From Mantamonas sphyraenae STR306 (Eukaryota; Protista; CRuMs): DNA of 64,000 nucleotides. The stretch is taken from contig JAPMXV010000032.1 in the NCBI GenBank assembly GCA_026936335.1, positions 338,226-402,225 on the forward strand, written 5' to 3'. Under the pieces are notes generated by a model that saw nothing but the letters and a program-made list of their open reading frames with translations, searched no databases and was not told the origin of the DNA. Made by a program: the position numbers and the translations under genes. The number at the start of each line of letters is the position of its first letter. Position 1 is the first letter of the stretch. Below are positions 20,622 through 32,400 of this stretch, in pieces.

Positions 20622-23600
20622 ATGTCCTGGAGTGGATCACCCAAGTCGACGGGATCCCAATCTCCAATGGGTACCCCTTCGTCGTCTGGGTACACCCCGC
20701 GGTACGGGGGCGGCTCACCGTCGCATTTCACGTTTGAAACCACCACCAGCAGCAGCACGAGTTTCCTTGCAGCCAGTTCACCCAGTAGCACCCTGCATGG
20801 CTCAGGCAGACCCTACGCATCATCATTGCCATCGTCTCCATCCTCACCGGCATACACCCCTCGTCGGTCGAGCACCTCCTCCTTTGACGGCACTCTGGCC
20901 CTGGACGAGCAGGTCAGCACATGTCTCCCCTTTTTGACACCGCGTGGTCACTGCTGACACCGTACCTGTGCCACCCCCCCCCACACACACCCCTCCCCTC
21001 CCATGTCCCTCTCCATCACCACAGGATAACACGCGTCTGCTGTCTGCTCTGCGTGAGACAGAGTCGCGCAAGGCGACCTTGAAGAAGCGTCAACGGAAGG
21101 CGCTGGCGGCGACACGGGCGCGTTTGAACGCAAGCAACGCGTTCCTGGACAGCTACTCACAAATCAAGAAGGAGAGTGCAAGTGCAAGCCAGTATCTGAG
21201 CGTAGCCACACGGACGGCAGCATTGAATGCCAGTGTGAGCTCAAGCGACGGCCAAGGGGGAAGCAAACTGAGGGCAGCAACGGCCGGGGGCGCAGGGTCG
21301 TTGAAAGACGAGCTGAAAGCAAGCATTGCACACGCAGCCGAGGTGGAAGCGATGCTGGAACGGAGTGAGGCGGAACGGATGCGATTGGAAGAGAGTGTGA
21401 AGGGGAGTGAAGCCATGAGCAACGAGCTGGCGGGGGAGGCAAGCAGTTTGAGTGACGCGTTGACGCAGTCGGAGAGCAAACGGGAGGCATTGGTGCATGA
21501 GAACGCAGAGTTGGCACGGCAATTGCATCATGTGCAGGAGATGAATGGGATGCACGTGAGGGATTTGGAGGGGAAACTCAGTGAGGCAAACACACGCAAC
21601 TTTGAGCTGGGACAAAAGTTGGAGGAGGCCACGGCGAATGTGGAGAGGGAACGGGCGGCACGGAGGGAGGAGCAGGACGCATTGAGCAGAAGCATTGCGG
21701 CGGAACAACAGTGCAAACACACAGTGGAACGATTGCAGCGTCAATTGGATGCAGCGGCCATGCATGCCTCGCAGGAGAACGCACGTGTCGTGGCTCTGGA
21801 AGATGCCCAGGCCAGCCAGAGCAGCCACTTGGCCAGCGTTTCCGAGCGACTCACCGCCCTCAAGTACGAACACGAGAGTGTGCTGCGTGCCAAGAACACC
21901 CTTGATGACCAATTGGTCTCTCTGTACACTCTGGTCGACAGCATGGCCGCCAGTCTCGTGCAAGCGTCCCGTGAAAGCGCCGCCGCCGCTGCTTCCTCAT
22001 CTGGCGGCTCGCCCTCCTCCAGCAAAGAGGCCTCGGTGCTGCCCCTGGCAGTTACACGTGGCACCACCACCAAGGATCCAGCCAGTGCCCAGGAAAAGAT
22101 AGATGCCATGCTCACGCATTACAGCAGTCTCACCAGCAAGCTGCAGATGCAAACAGGAGCCCTGGAAACCCAGCTGGCTCGTGTCACTCAGGCTCAGGTA
22201 ACGGCACCTTTTTTCCTCCCCGTTGCCAGCACTCCCCCAGCCACCCACGTGACACCCACACTCACACCCACACACACCCACACACCCACACACCCACACC
22301 ACATGTGCACCCCCTCCCCCGTTCCCCATTGGGTACCACAGATGACGTTGCAGGATTCGTACGAGTCTGCGCAGGGGCGTCTGGAGAAGAGCGTGCAAAA
22401 GAGCCAGGAACTGCAGCTGCGTATGCAAGAGGCACTGCAGGAGTGTGCAATGGCACAGGAGGGCCAACAGCGTGCAGAGGAACACAGCAGTCTGTTGCAG
22501 AGGGATCTGGACGAGTGTGAATCGGAACGCAAGAGTCTGGCGTCGCAGGTGGAGTTGCTGACGGCGAGGCTGGAGAACCTGGGGAGCAAGCACCAGGGGG
22601 TGGTGACACTGTTGGAGGAGAGTCGACACGAAGTGGACATGTTGAAGGAACAGGCCAGTCACATGGCCAGTCTGCACAGTGCGGCAGCCAAGCAGAAGGG
22701 CCAGGAGTTGAACAAGCTGGATCGGGCGCTGCTCAAGGTGCAGGCGGAGTTGGACAACGCAGCCATGGTGGCACGGAAGAACGAAAAGGACATGGATGAG
22801 TTGCAGAGTCGAAACAGCAGTCTGAGTGGCCAGTTGAACGAAACCACGACACGGTTGGACAACGTGAGTGCGGAGTTGGGCATGTTGGAACGCAGCAGTG
22901 CCGACGAACGCACCCAATTGCAACACAAGTTGCAGGAGAGCCAACGCAAGCACACAAAGGCCAAGAGGGCATTGGAACGGTGTGAGGCGTTGGTGGAGAA
23001 GAAGGATGCCAAGGTGGCCGAGTTGCAGGCCGTCATCGAGGGTCTCCAGCGCGATCTCAAGGATTCGTCGGACATCATCAAGAACCAGGTGGCAGACTTG
23101 GGCAGCAAGGAGCGCACAGTGGCCTCCCAACTCGTGGCTGCCAATGCCAGTCTGAAAAAGGTGACGGCGGAGTTGGAACGGGAGCAGGGCATCACACGCA
23201 AGCTGCAGGAACGCCTGGAGGCAGAAACAGCCAGGGCTCAGGCCAACAAGCAGGAAATGCATGCGGTGCAAAAGACACTCACCAAGGTGCAAGCCGAACT
23301 CAAGTCCAAGACCAGGCAGGTGGAGTCGTCCAAGCGGCGTCTGGAGAGCGAGGTCAAGAACAGGTCGCGCTCAGAAGTGGCCGCCAGCGAGAATGGGAAC
23401 CGTTACAAGGAGGTGCAACGGCAGAAGGAACAGCTGGCCAAGGATGTGAGCAGGCTCGGCGCTCAACTGGAGCAGCTGAGTGGCAAGCATGCAGCCGTGC
23501 TGGAGGACAGGACGGGTTTGGAGGAGGCGTTGAACAAACTGCGTGCACAGTACCAACAGGACAAGCAGACGGCGATGAATGCGGCCACGGCCCAGCAGGA

Positions 23601-26600
23601 TCTGATCTCGCAGCTGCGGGAGGAAAAGACGGTGTTGCAGGAAAAGCTACGTGACGGCGTGGGCACCATTGAGGAGCAAGAGCGCATGATTGACGACATG
23701 GAAACGCGGACGGCACGTGCAGAGGGCGAACTCAAGCAGCTGCGTGTGCGGTACGAAGCAGACATGGAGGCAGCGCACGAGAGCAACGTCAAGTTGGAGG
23801 GCGAGTTGCATCGCACACGCAAGCAGCTGGAAGGCACACAGGGCACGCTGGAACAGGTGCAACGCACTCTGGCACAGACGCAGGAGGAGATGAAGATGCA
23901 GGTGGGCAAGAGCACAGCCGCGTTGGAGGAGACGAAGGAGGCATTGGCAGACACGCAGGGCAAGTTGCAGGAGAGCGAAGCAGCACGTGCGGCGACGCAA
24001 GAGGCATTGGAGGCAACGAGGCAACGGATGAAGGAGGACGTGGGTGCGTTGGAAGCGGAAGTGGAGCGTGTGGAGGCGGAAGCAAAGGCAGCCAAAGAAC
24101 GGGCGGAAGACAAGATCAAGAGCAACGCAATGCTGCGCATGCAGTTGCAGAGTGTGAGCAACGACGTACAAACACAAAAGAGCAAACTGGTGGCGGAGAA
24201 ACGACGTGCGATGGAGACGGAGGAGCAGCTGAGTGGACAGGTGCGCATGCTGAACGAACAGAAGGACGACCTGCACAGCGAGCTGGCCACACTGACCAGC
24301 AGGTACAACCATTTGGAGACGGTGCACCAGCAATTGGTGGCCAAGCACGACGAAGCCACAAGCAACAACACGGTGCTGGGTAGCTCGGCTGTGAAGCTGA
24401 AGGACAGGGTGGAGTCTGTGGTGCGCGAGCGACAGGACATGGAGAAACAGCTGGGTGAGAGCAGGGCTCGGGACGCGGGACAGATTGCAGCGTTGCGTCG
24501 GGAGCTGGCAGACAAGAGTGAACGGTTGGAACGACTGCAGGCGGAACACGAGGAGAGGGTGGCGGAACACGAGGCACTCAAGGTGGACACGCGATTGCAG
24601 TCGCAGGCGCTGGAGGAGGCGGAAAAGAGTGTGGAGAGGGAACGGGCGGCACGGGAGAGTGCGGAACGCAAGGGGGTGAGCCAGATGCAGTTGTTGGGTG
24701 GGGAAAAGACACGATTGGCACAGGAAAAGACGGATCTGAACGAACGACTCAAGGTGCTGCGGCACGAACACGACACGTTGGCACGGGAACACGCACAATT
24801 GTTTGACGAACACCAGGCCACACTGGTGCGACTGCGTGAAACGACGGTGTTGCTGGAGAAGGAACGCAGCGGGCGTGTGGCCAGCACCGAGAAGCTGGAA
24901 GCGGAGGTGGCACGTGCGCAGGCCGAGGCTCACGAGTTGAACGAAACGCTGAACAAGGCACACGAGCGATTGGATAACACGGAACGGGCACTGGCCAGGG
25001 CCAAGGCGGATCTGGTGCAATGGGAAATCACAAGCGAGTCCCAAGCTGCGCAGCTGCAGGAGTGGCAGACTCGCTGGACGTCGGACCACACCAAGATTGC
25101 ACGCGAGCGTGAGGAGATGAAGGCGGCGGAAGAGACGCTGAACGAACGCATGCAGAGTGTGACCCAGGAAGTGACGCTGTTGCGTGGGGACAAGGAGCGA
25201 CTGGAAACGGCACACGGGGAACTGAGCACAGCGCACCGAGAGCTGCAAACAGAGGCAGAGAGGATGCGCACCAAGCTGAGTGAACTGAAGGAAAAGCATG
25301 CAGCGGTGGTGGAGGAGAAGCAACGGATGGAGGAGACCCTGAGCGGACAGGTGATCGCCCTGAGTGGAGAGGCAGTGAGCATCCGACAGGACAAGGAGGA
25401 GTACACGGACAGGACGGCACGGATGGAACGGCAGCTGGAGTCTGTAAACAGGGAACTGCGCAGTGTGCGGCAGGAGCTGAAGAACACCAAGGGCAAGGTG
25501 GCCAAGGCGGAGGAACAGTTTGCGGAGGAGAGTGGCTACTGGGCAAGCGAACGCAGTCTGCTGAAGGAGCAGGTGAGTCAATTGAGCAACGAGAACATGC
25601 GCTTGACGACGCACCGTGAGGAGTTGCAGGCCCATCTGCGGGAGGTCAGCGAACGGGAAAAGGGGTTGATTGTGAAGAGCCGGCTGGTGGACATGGTGAA
25701 GAAGACCAAGAGCAAAGAGGTGAACCAGTGGAAGAGCAAGTACGAAACGGAAGTGTACGAGGCCGGACAGCGTGCAGAGAAGCTGCAGGCGCGGCTGGAG
25801 GAGGCGTTCAGCAAGTACCAGGAGTTGCAACACACACACGAACACTTCCTGACCAAGACCCAGGAGATGCGCGACGCCTACGAAAGCCAAAGCAAGGAAC
25901 TGAGCGAACTGAACATGACGTTTGATGCGGAACACGCGCTGCGTCTGGACAGCGAGCGTGGCTTGCGCGAACGCATCGACAGCCTGATCACGGAGAAGAG
26001 CAAGCTGCAGATGGACAGTGTGCGTCAGATGAAGGAGCTGACAGACAGGGCAAGCGAGTACATGGAGGCCAACGAGGCGTTGGTGGAGGAGAACCGTGTG
26101 CTGGGCAAGAAGCTGACGGAGCTGCGTGTCAAGGTGGACAACGAAAAGTCGACGCGACGCAACAGCGAGGCGCACCTGACGGAGGAGATCCGCAAGCGTG
26201 TGGTGGAGCATGTGACGCTGAAGGAGAAGCATGCCAAGCTGGAGGAAGAGCATGGAGAACGCATGCAGGATCTGGAGGAGGCACGCATCCGCATTGCCGA
26301 CTTTGAGGTGGAGGTGATGCGACTGAACAAGAAGGTGAACGATCAGGCGGGTGCGTTGGAAGAGGGAGGAGCCAAGAGCAAGACACTGGGTCAGGAGCTG
26401 GAGGAGGAGAGGGAGGAGGTGAAACGACTCAAGGGGGAGCTGAGCGAGGAGAAGCACGCACACGAGTTGACCAACAGGGAGCGTGAGATGCTGAGCAAGG
26501 ACCTGGAGGAACGCAACAAGGCACTGGCAGAGGAGACGCAGAAGAATGGCCAACTGAACGGGGAGCGGGATGGATTGGCACGGGAGCTGGAGGAGTGGAA

Positions 26601-29472
26601 GGAAAAGTATGCGCAGCTGACAGTGGCCAAGGACGAGGTGGCCAAGATGCTGGCAACGACGCGATGGAAGCACACGATTGCCGTGCACCAGGGCGAACAG
26701 CTGAAGGAACGCGTGGCCGAGGTGGAAAAGGAAGCCGAGGTGGAACGGCTCAAGGTGGACGGGACCACAAAGGCAAACGAAAAGCTGAAGGAGACGGTCA
26801 GCGGACTGGAAACAGACGTGCGCGAGTGGCAACTGAAGTTGGAAGGACAAGTGCGCTCGACGGAAAAGGTGCAGGAGAAGCTGGATGCGATGCGTGAGGA
26901 GAACGCATCGCTTCAGGGCCGACTGAGCGACAGCCACGAAGAGAGCGGATCACGAGGGGTGCAGATCAAACAGTTGGAAGCCAAGGTGCGTGAGCTGGAA
27001 GACAAGCTGACCAACACGCGACGGGAACTGGACGACAAGGAGAACGCACTGGCTGTGGCGCATCGGGACCTGGAACAGACACGAGGTGAGCTCGTGAGCA
27101 GTGGCAAGAGTGGAGCAGAGCTGCAGGGGGAGGTGAACGGACTGTTGCGAGACATCGAAGGTTGGAAGGGTCAGGTGAATGAGCACAAAAAGACGGAGGA
27201 ACACTTGCAGACGATGCTGGACGAGGCCAAGGAACGTGTGCGCAAGGAGCAGGGCAACGTGACTGTGTTGGAGGAGCGTGTGCATGGCCTGGAGAAGGAT
27301 GTGCGAGAGTGGAAGAACAAGCATGCCAGCGAGGTGGAGGCAGTGCAGAGGGAGCAGGCGACGGTGGAAAAGATACGTGTGGAGCTGCAATCGACAAGCA
27401 GCGCACTGGAGGCGATGGAGCGTGCACGCAAGGAGGTGGAGGGCGAGTTGAAGAGCACACGCAGTGCCCTTCGCCAGGCAGAGAGCGAACACAAGATGGT
27501 GAGCAAGGATCTGGCGGAAGAGAGCAAGAAACTGGCGGCAGAGATGGAAGCACGTGCACACGCAGAGACAAAGCTGGAGGAGACGCGACAGGAGCTGAGT
27601 GACAAGGTGAAGGAGCTGGCCAAGGTGGACACAGAACGCAAGTTTGCAGAGGGCCAAGTGGAGAAGCTGGAGCAGGAGAAGGCCGTGCGGGAAGAGGAGC
27701 TGCGGGGTGTCAAGAGTGCCCTGGAACGTAGCAAGGAGGAGGCAACGAGTGTGAAGAAGAAGCTGATGAGCGTGGAGCAGGAAAAGGCAACGGTGAGCAA
27801 GCAGGAGAGCGAGCTGGCCGACCGCGTGGCACAAATGCGTCTGGACGCACAGAGGATGGACCAGAATCACATGCAACTGTCGCGCGAACACAAACAGCTG
27901 ATTGTGGCGCATGGAACGCTGCAGGAGGAGATGGAGACGACGGTGAAGAAGCACGAGGCACTGCGAGGAGCCTACGAACGGTTGACGGCGGAGCACAAGG
28001 AGCTGAGCGGACGCACGGCAAGCATGAATGCAGAGAACGAAGAGCTGCGCGGAGCCATGGGCACACTGAAGGAGGAGTACGGCCTGTTGAGCAAACAGCT
28101 GCAGGAGCTGACGCAGAGCGACGAAGGGGTGCAGGAACAGGCACGTGCGATGCACACCGAGTTGGACAGGGTGCGTGGCACGCTGGAGGCACTGACTGAA
28201 TCGGACGCAGCGTTGCAGGAGGCAAGCAGGGCGTTGGGAGTGTCGCACGAAGCACTCAAGGTGGAGTTGCTGGAGACGCAGAATGCACTGAAAAAGAGCA
28301 GCGGGAGCAACGAGGGACTGGTGGCAAGTGTGGCAGAGCTGCGCAGCACGCAAGAGACGCTGGAGAAGGCCAACACGGAATTGCGGCAAACCGTGCACCG
28401 ACTGGAGGAGGAGCGAGACAGGATGGGACGGGACAAGGCGGCGGCGGAGGAGGAGATGGGTGTGTTGACGAGGAACCAAAAGGCGCTGGTGAAGGAACAC
28501 ACGCAACTGGGCATGGAGTATCGCGAGGTGCAGGGGGCGCTGAAGGAGAGCAGGGCAGAACTGGAAAGGGGTAGGAAGGCACTGGAGGAGGCGAGCAAGA
28601 CGGTGGAGGCGCTGGAGAAGCAGAATGGAGAGCTTGCGGAGGAGTTGAGGATGCGAGACGAAGAGGTGGGACGATTGACACAGGAGGCCAAGGTGGGGGC
28701 AGCCGTGTCGGAGGAGTTGGGCAGGAAGGTGAGGACACTGAGCGAGCAGGTGGGCACACTGGCAGGGGACAACGAACGTCTGGCACGGGAGTTGAGCGAA
28801 CTGAATGTGGCACACCGCAGGGTGGTGGAGGAGCACAGGGAGCAAACGGAAGGACGTGCAGAGGCAAGCGCACAAGCGCGGGAGCTGGGCACGACAGTGA
28901 CAGAGCTGCGTGATACGATGGAACAGCTGGAGAGGGAGAACGAACGCAACACAGATGCACTGGCCAAGGTGCAGAAGGAACGCGGCGTGTTGGCAGCGCA
29001 GGCGAGGGAAAGCAACGCACAGTTGCGGGAGCTGACGGGAGAGCTGCGTGTGGTGCGTCAGGAGTTGGAAGCGTCGCAGGAGAGGGAACGCAAGGCAGGA
29101 GAACAGGTGGGCAAGCTGGGCAAACAGATGCACAAGCTGACAGAGCAGATGGACAAGCTCAGCGAAACGGACAAGAAGTTGGTGCACGACATGGGCGCCC
29201 TGGAGCAAGAGAAGCAGGCGGTGGAGGAGCAGAAGGACACGTTGCAACGCAAGGTGACTGCACTGCAGACGCAGTGCCAGAAGCTTGGCAGGGAGTTGGA
29301 GTCGCTCACCAACGAACACACCAAGCTGTATGGCGAACACGGAGCCCTGCGTGGCGAGTACGAGGTGGCCTTGCAGCAGCTCAGGGACCTACGCTCAGAG
29401 TTTGACTCGTTGCGCAAGGAGATGGATGCCGAGCGCCTCAAGATGGAAGAGGTTGCGCGTGGTGCAGTGTGA
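20622..29472 (+). CDS. Very long coiled-coil protein (~2,860 aa) with Ser/Thr-Pro-rich head. Exons 20622-20912, 21025-22197, 22342-29472
   Basis: E/K/L/Q/R-rich heptad sequence nearly devoid of Pro over more than 2,300 aa; GT-AG introns 20913-21024 and 22198-22341; no motor or globular domain recognised. Confidence 0.85.
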
Positions 29473-32400
29473 TGGAGACCGGGAGGAAAGACAATGGAGA
29501 TAGCGCGTTGCATTGTAGTACAGGGCTAAATGAGAATCATAGTCGTCCATGTCAGGGGTTGCCTTGGGCCGATCGTCGTTTGCGTCCTCCTCATCGTCAT
29601 CATCATCGTCATCGTCTTCTTCATCATCGTCATCGTCTTCATCCGTGACCAGATGACGTGTCTGCGCCTCTCGGTTGCTCCAATACTCTCGCAAGTACGA
29701 TTCTGTGACGCCATCCGACTCATCAGACTCTTCTTCCTCCTCCTCCTCTTCATCGTCGTCAGTGTCGTTTGTCGTCCTTCTGACCCTCTTTGTGTGTGCC
29801 CCTGTCCTTGTCCTCTTTCTCCTCTTTGCCTGTGGGAGTGCCTGATGCATTCTCTTCCTCGTCAGTGTCCGAGTCGGTGTCGTCGTCGTCGTCGTTGCGG
29901 TCGTCGTCGTCCGAGTCGCCGTCTCCTCTCTCCTTCTTCCACTGGTCGTGGTACTCGTCGTAGTCGACGCCTTCGACACGTTCCATCTGTTTGTTGCGAA
30001 TGTAGGCAGTGATGCTGCCATGGTGGCCTTCGTCTTCACTGCCCTCGTCCTCGTCGTTGATGGGCGTCAAGAAATCAACCAAGCGCTGCAGCAGCTCCTC
30101 GGCCTGGCCCATGAGACGGGACGTGGACACCAGATGGTTGTTCTTCCAGACCAAGCCCTCATTGGTCAGCGACACAAAGGCCATGCCTGTCCTGTGGATG
30201 AGGGTGGCGTGTGTGTCCATGCGACCTCGTTGCCCGGCAAAGGTGTCCTCCACAAAGCCGAATTTGGCCAACAGTGCCTCCTGCAGTTGTTGATTGTCCA
30301 TGACACTGCGAGGCAGGGGGATGATGAAGGGCAGGTGCATGGGGTGCCTGTCCAGGGTCAACTGAGTTTGAGGAATCTGCACCAGGATGAAGCCGCAGCT
30401 CTTGGCACGCCGTTGACACATCTGTACAAAGTCTTCCACGACGCAACCTGTGCACATGAGCCAACGCAGCTCCAGGTGGTAGCACTTGTTGGGATTGAAC
30501 ACAGAGTCGTAGTGTAGAAACAGCCACTCGTAGCGCTGCGCCTTGCTCGATTGCATCTCGATTTTGAGCTGGTGAGGTTTGTTGGCACGAGGAGGTGGAG
30601 GCGCTGGCACCATCCCTCGCGACTGGGACGATCCCGTTGATTTGTTGGTGCCGGACGACCCTGCCGAGTTGCTCTCTCTGCGAATGGCACGCGACAAGAG
30701 TGAGGCATCCCCGGTCTCATCCCTGTCCTCTTGCACATCCTGTTGCTCCTCTGCGTCTTCGCTGGCCTCGCTTTGGCTCTCTCCCGACTCGCTATGACCC
30801 TCGTCCCTGCTGCTGTTGCTGCTGCTGCTGTTGGAGTGTTCGCTGTCGCTAGATGCGCTCGATCGGTCAATGGTCACATTGAGGGTCAGTGGCGGTCGCT
30901 TGGTTCCCTTGGTCAGTCGACTGAGCAGGGAGTCTTTGAATTTGATGAAGCGCTGGATCAGCTCTTCGTTCTCTTCGATCTGTTGAGCGTGCGACGATGC
31001 CCCACCCTCCTCCTCCAGATCCTCTGTATCGTCGCCGTCACCTGCAGACGTACCCACGCCTGAGTTGCTGCCTCGTTTGCTGTCACCCGTGCGGCTGCTG
31101 CCAGCCCTGCGTTCCCGTACGGGGATGAGGGCAAAGCGAATGCGCCAGTACTTGAGGTTGTCTGTCAGCACCATCTCCATGTCATCACAGATGAGGTTGT
31201 CCAAGTAATTCCAGTGGTATTCGTTGGTCTGGTCCTGGCTGTGGATGTCAATGGCCATGGGGCGGAAGCGGTGCATGTGCGAGTCGTACAGATTGTACGG
31301 GTAGCGAAGGGACGGCAACGGTTCGCTGCTCACGCGACGGTACCGCTCCACTTCGATGTTCTGTGCCTGCGGGTCACACACAAGCTTGTGGAAGCGGATG
31401 CCCTTGCTGAACAGAAAGTACTGCTTGCCCGTGTCCTTGCTGCTCTGCTGTGCAGAGGGTCCCACCACAAGCTGGTAGCCCTGGGCAAGGCGTTGCGACA
31501 CCACCTCGTGCAGCAGCGTCTCTGTTTGGTTGCCGTACGCATTGTCGTCCGGAATGAGCGAAATGATGTAATTGTTGGCCGAATAGTGCTGCAGCAGCTC
31601 GTGTGCCGACGGAAAGTAGTCGGTGGTCAGAGGCAGACACGCAGGCGTGCGGATGGCATTCCACGTCACAGGGTGTGGGTTGTAGTTGATGTTCAGCGCA
31701 AAGATGTGCGACCAGCGTCGGATATTGCTCGTGCCCTTTTGCGAGCTCTGGAACGCCTCGTTTGTCTGGAACGGATTGACACTGTGCAGCCGCGACGCCA
31801 TCACAGACGCAAAGTAGGCGGCCGACGACACCGACGCTGCGCGCACACTGCCACTCATCTCACTCAACGAGGTGGCTGCAGGGCCACTCGAACCGCCTGC
31901 CAGCAATCCACCACCACCTCCTCCCGTACTTGATAGCGACCCTGTCACGCCGCCCTTGCCGCTACCGCTTGACGCTCCACCACGCCCACCAGTTGCAACA
32001 CCACCCTCGGAATCTGCTACAGCTTCTCCGCCTGCAATTGCTCGGCTGCGTGCCATGTTCCACTCAAACGACGACCGTTGCTCGAACGACGAGCTGAGGA
32101 TGCCCACGTCTGCACGCACTGCCCCTGCACTTGTGCTTGCGTTGATCCGCGTGTTCTGCTTCGTCATCCTTCGTCGCATACGCGTGTCCACATCATCATC
32201 ATCATCGTCATCGTCGTCTTCGTCTTCGTCATCATCATCATCGTTGCCGTCACCTCCCTCGTCCTCTCCATTCCCCTCCTCTCCACCTCCATGGTTGCGT
32301 GTCCCTGCACCCTTGGTGCGTCTCTCCTTGTCCTCTGGCCCCACACGACGTGCCAGGCGGTTGCTCATCCTGCCCATCTCCTTGCGGAAGCTGGCCTTGC

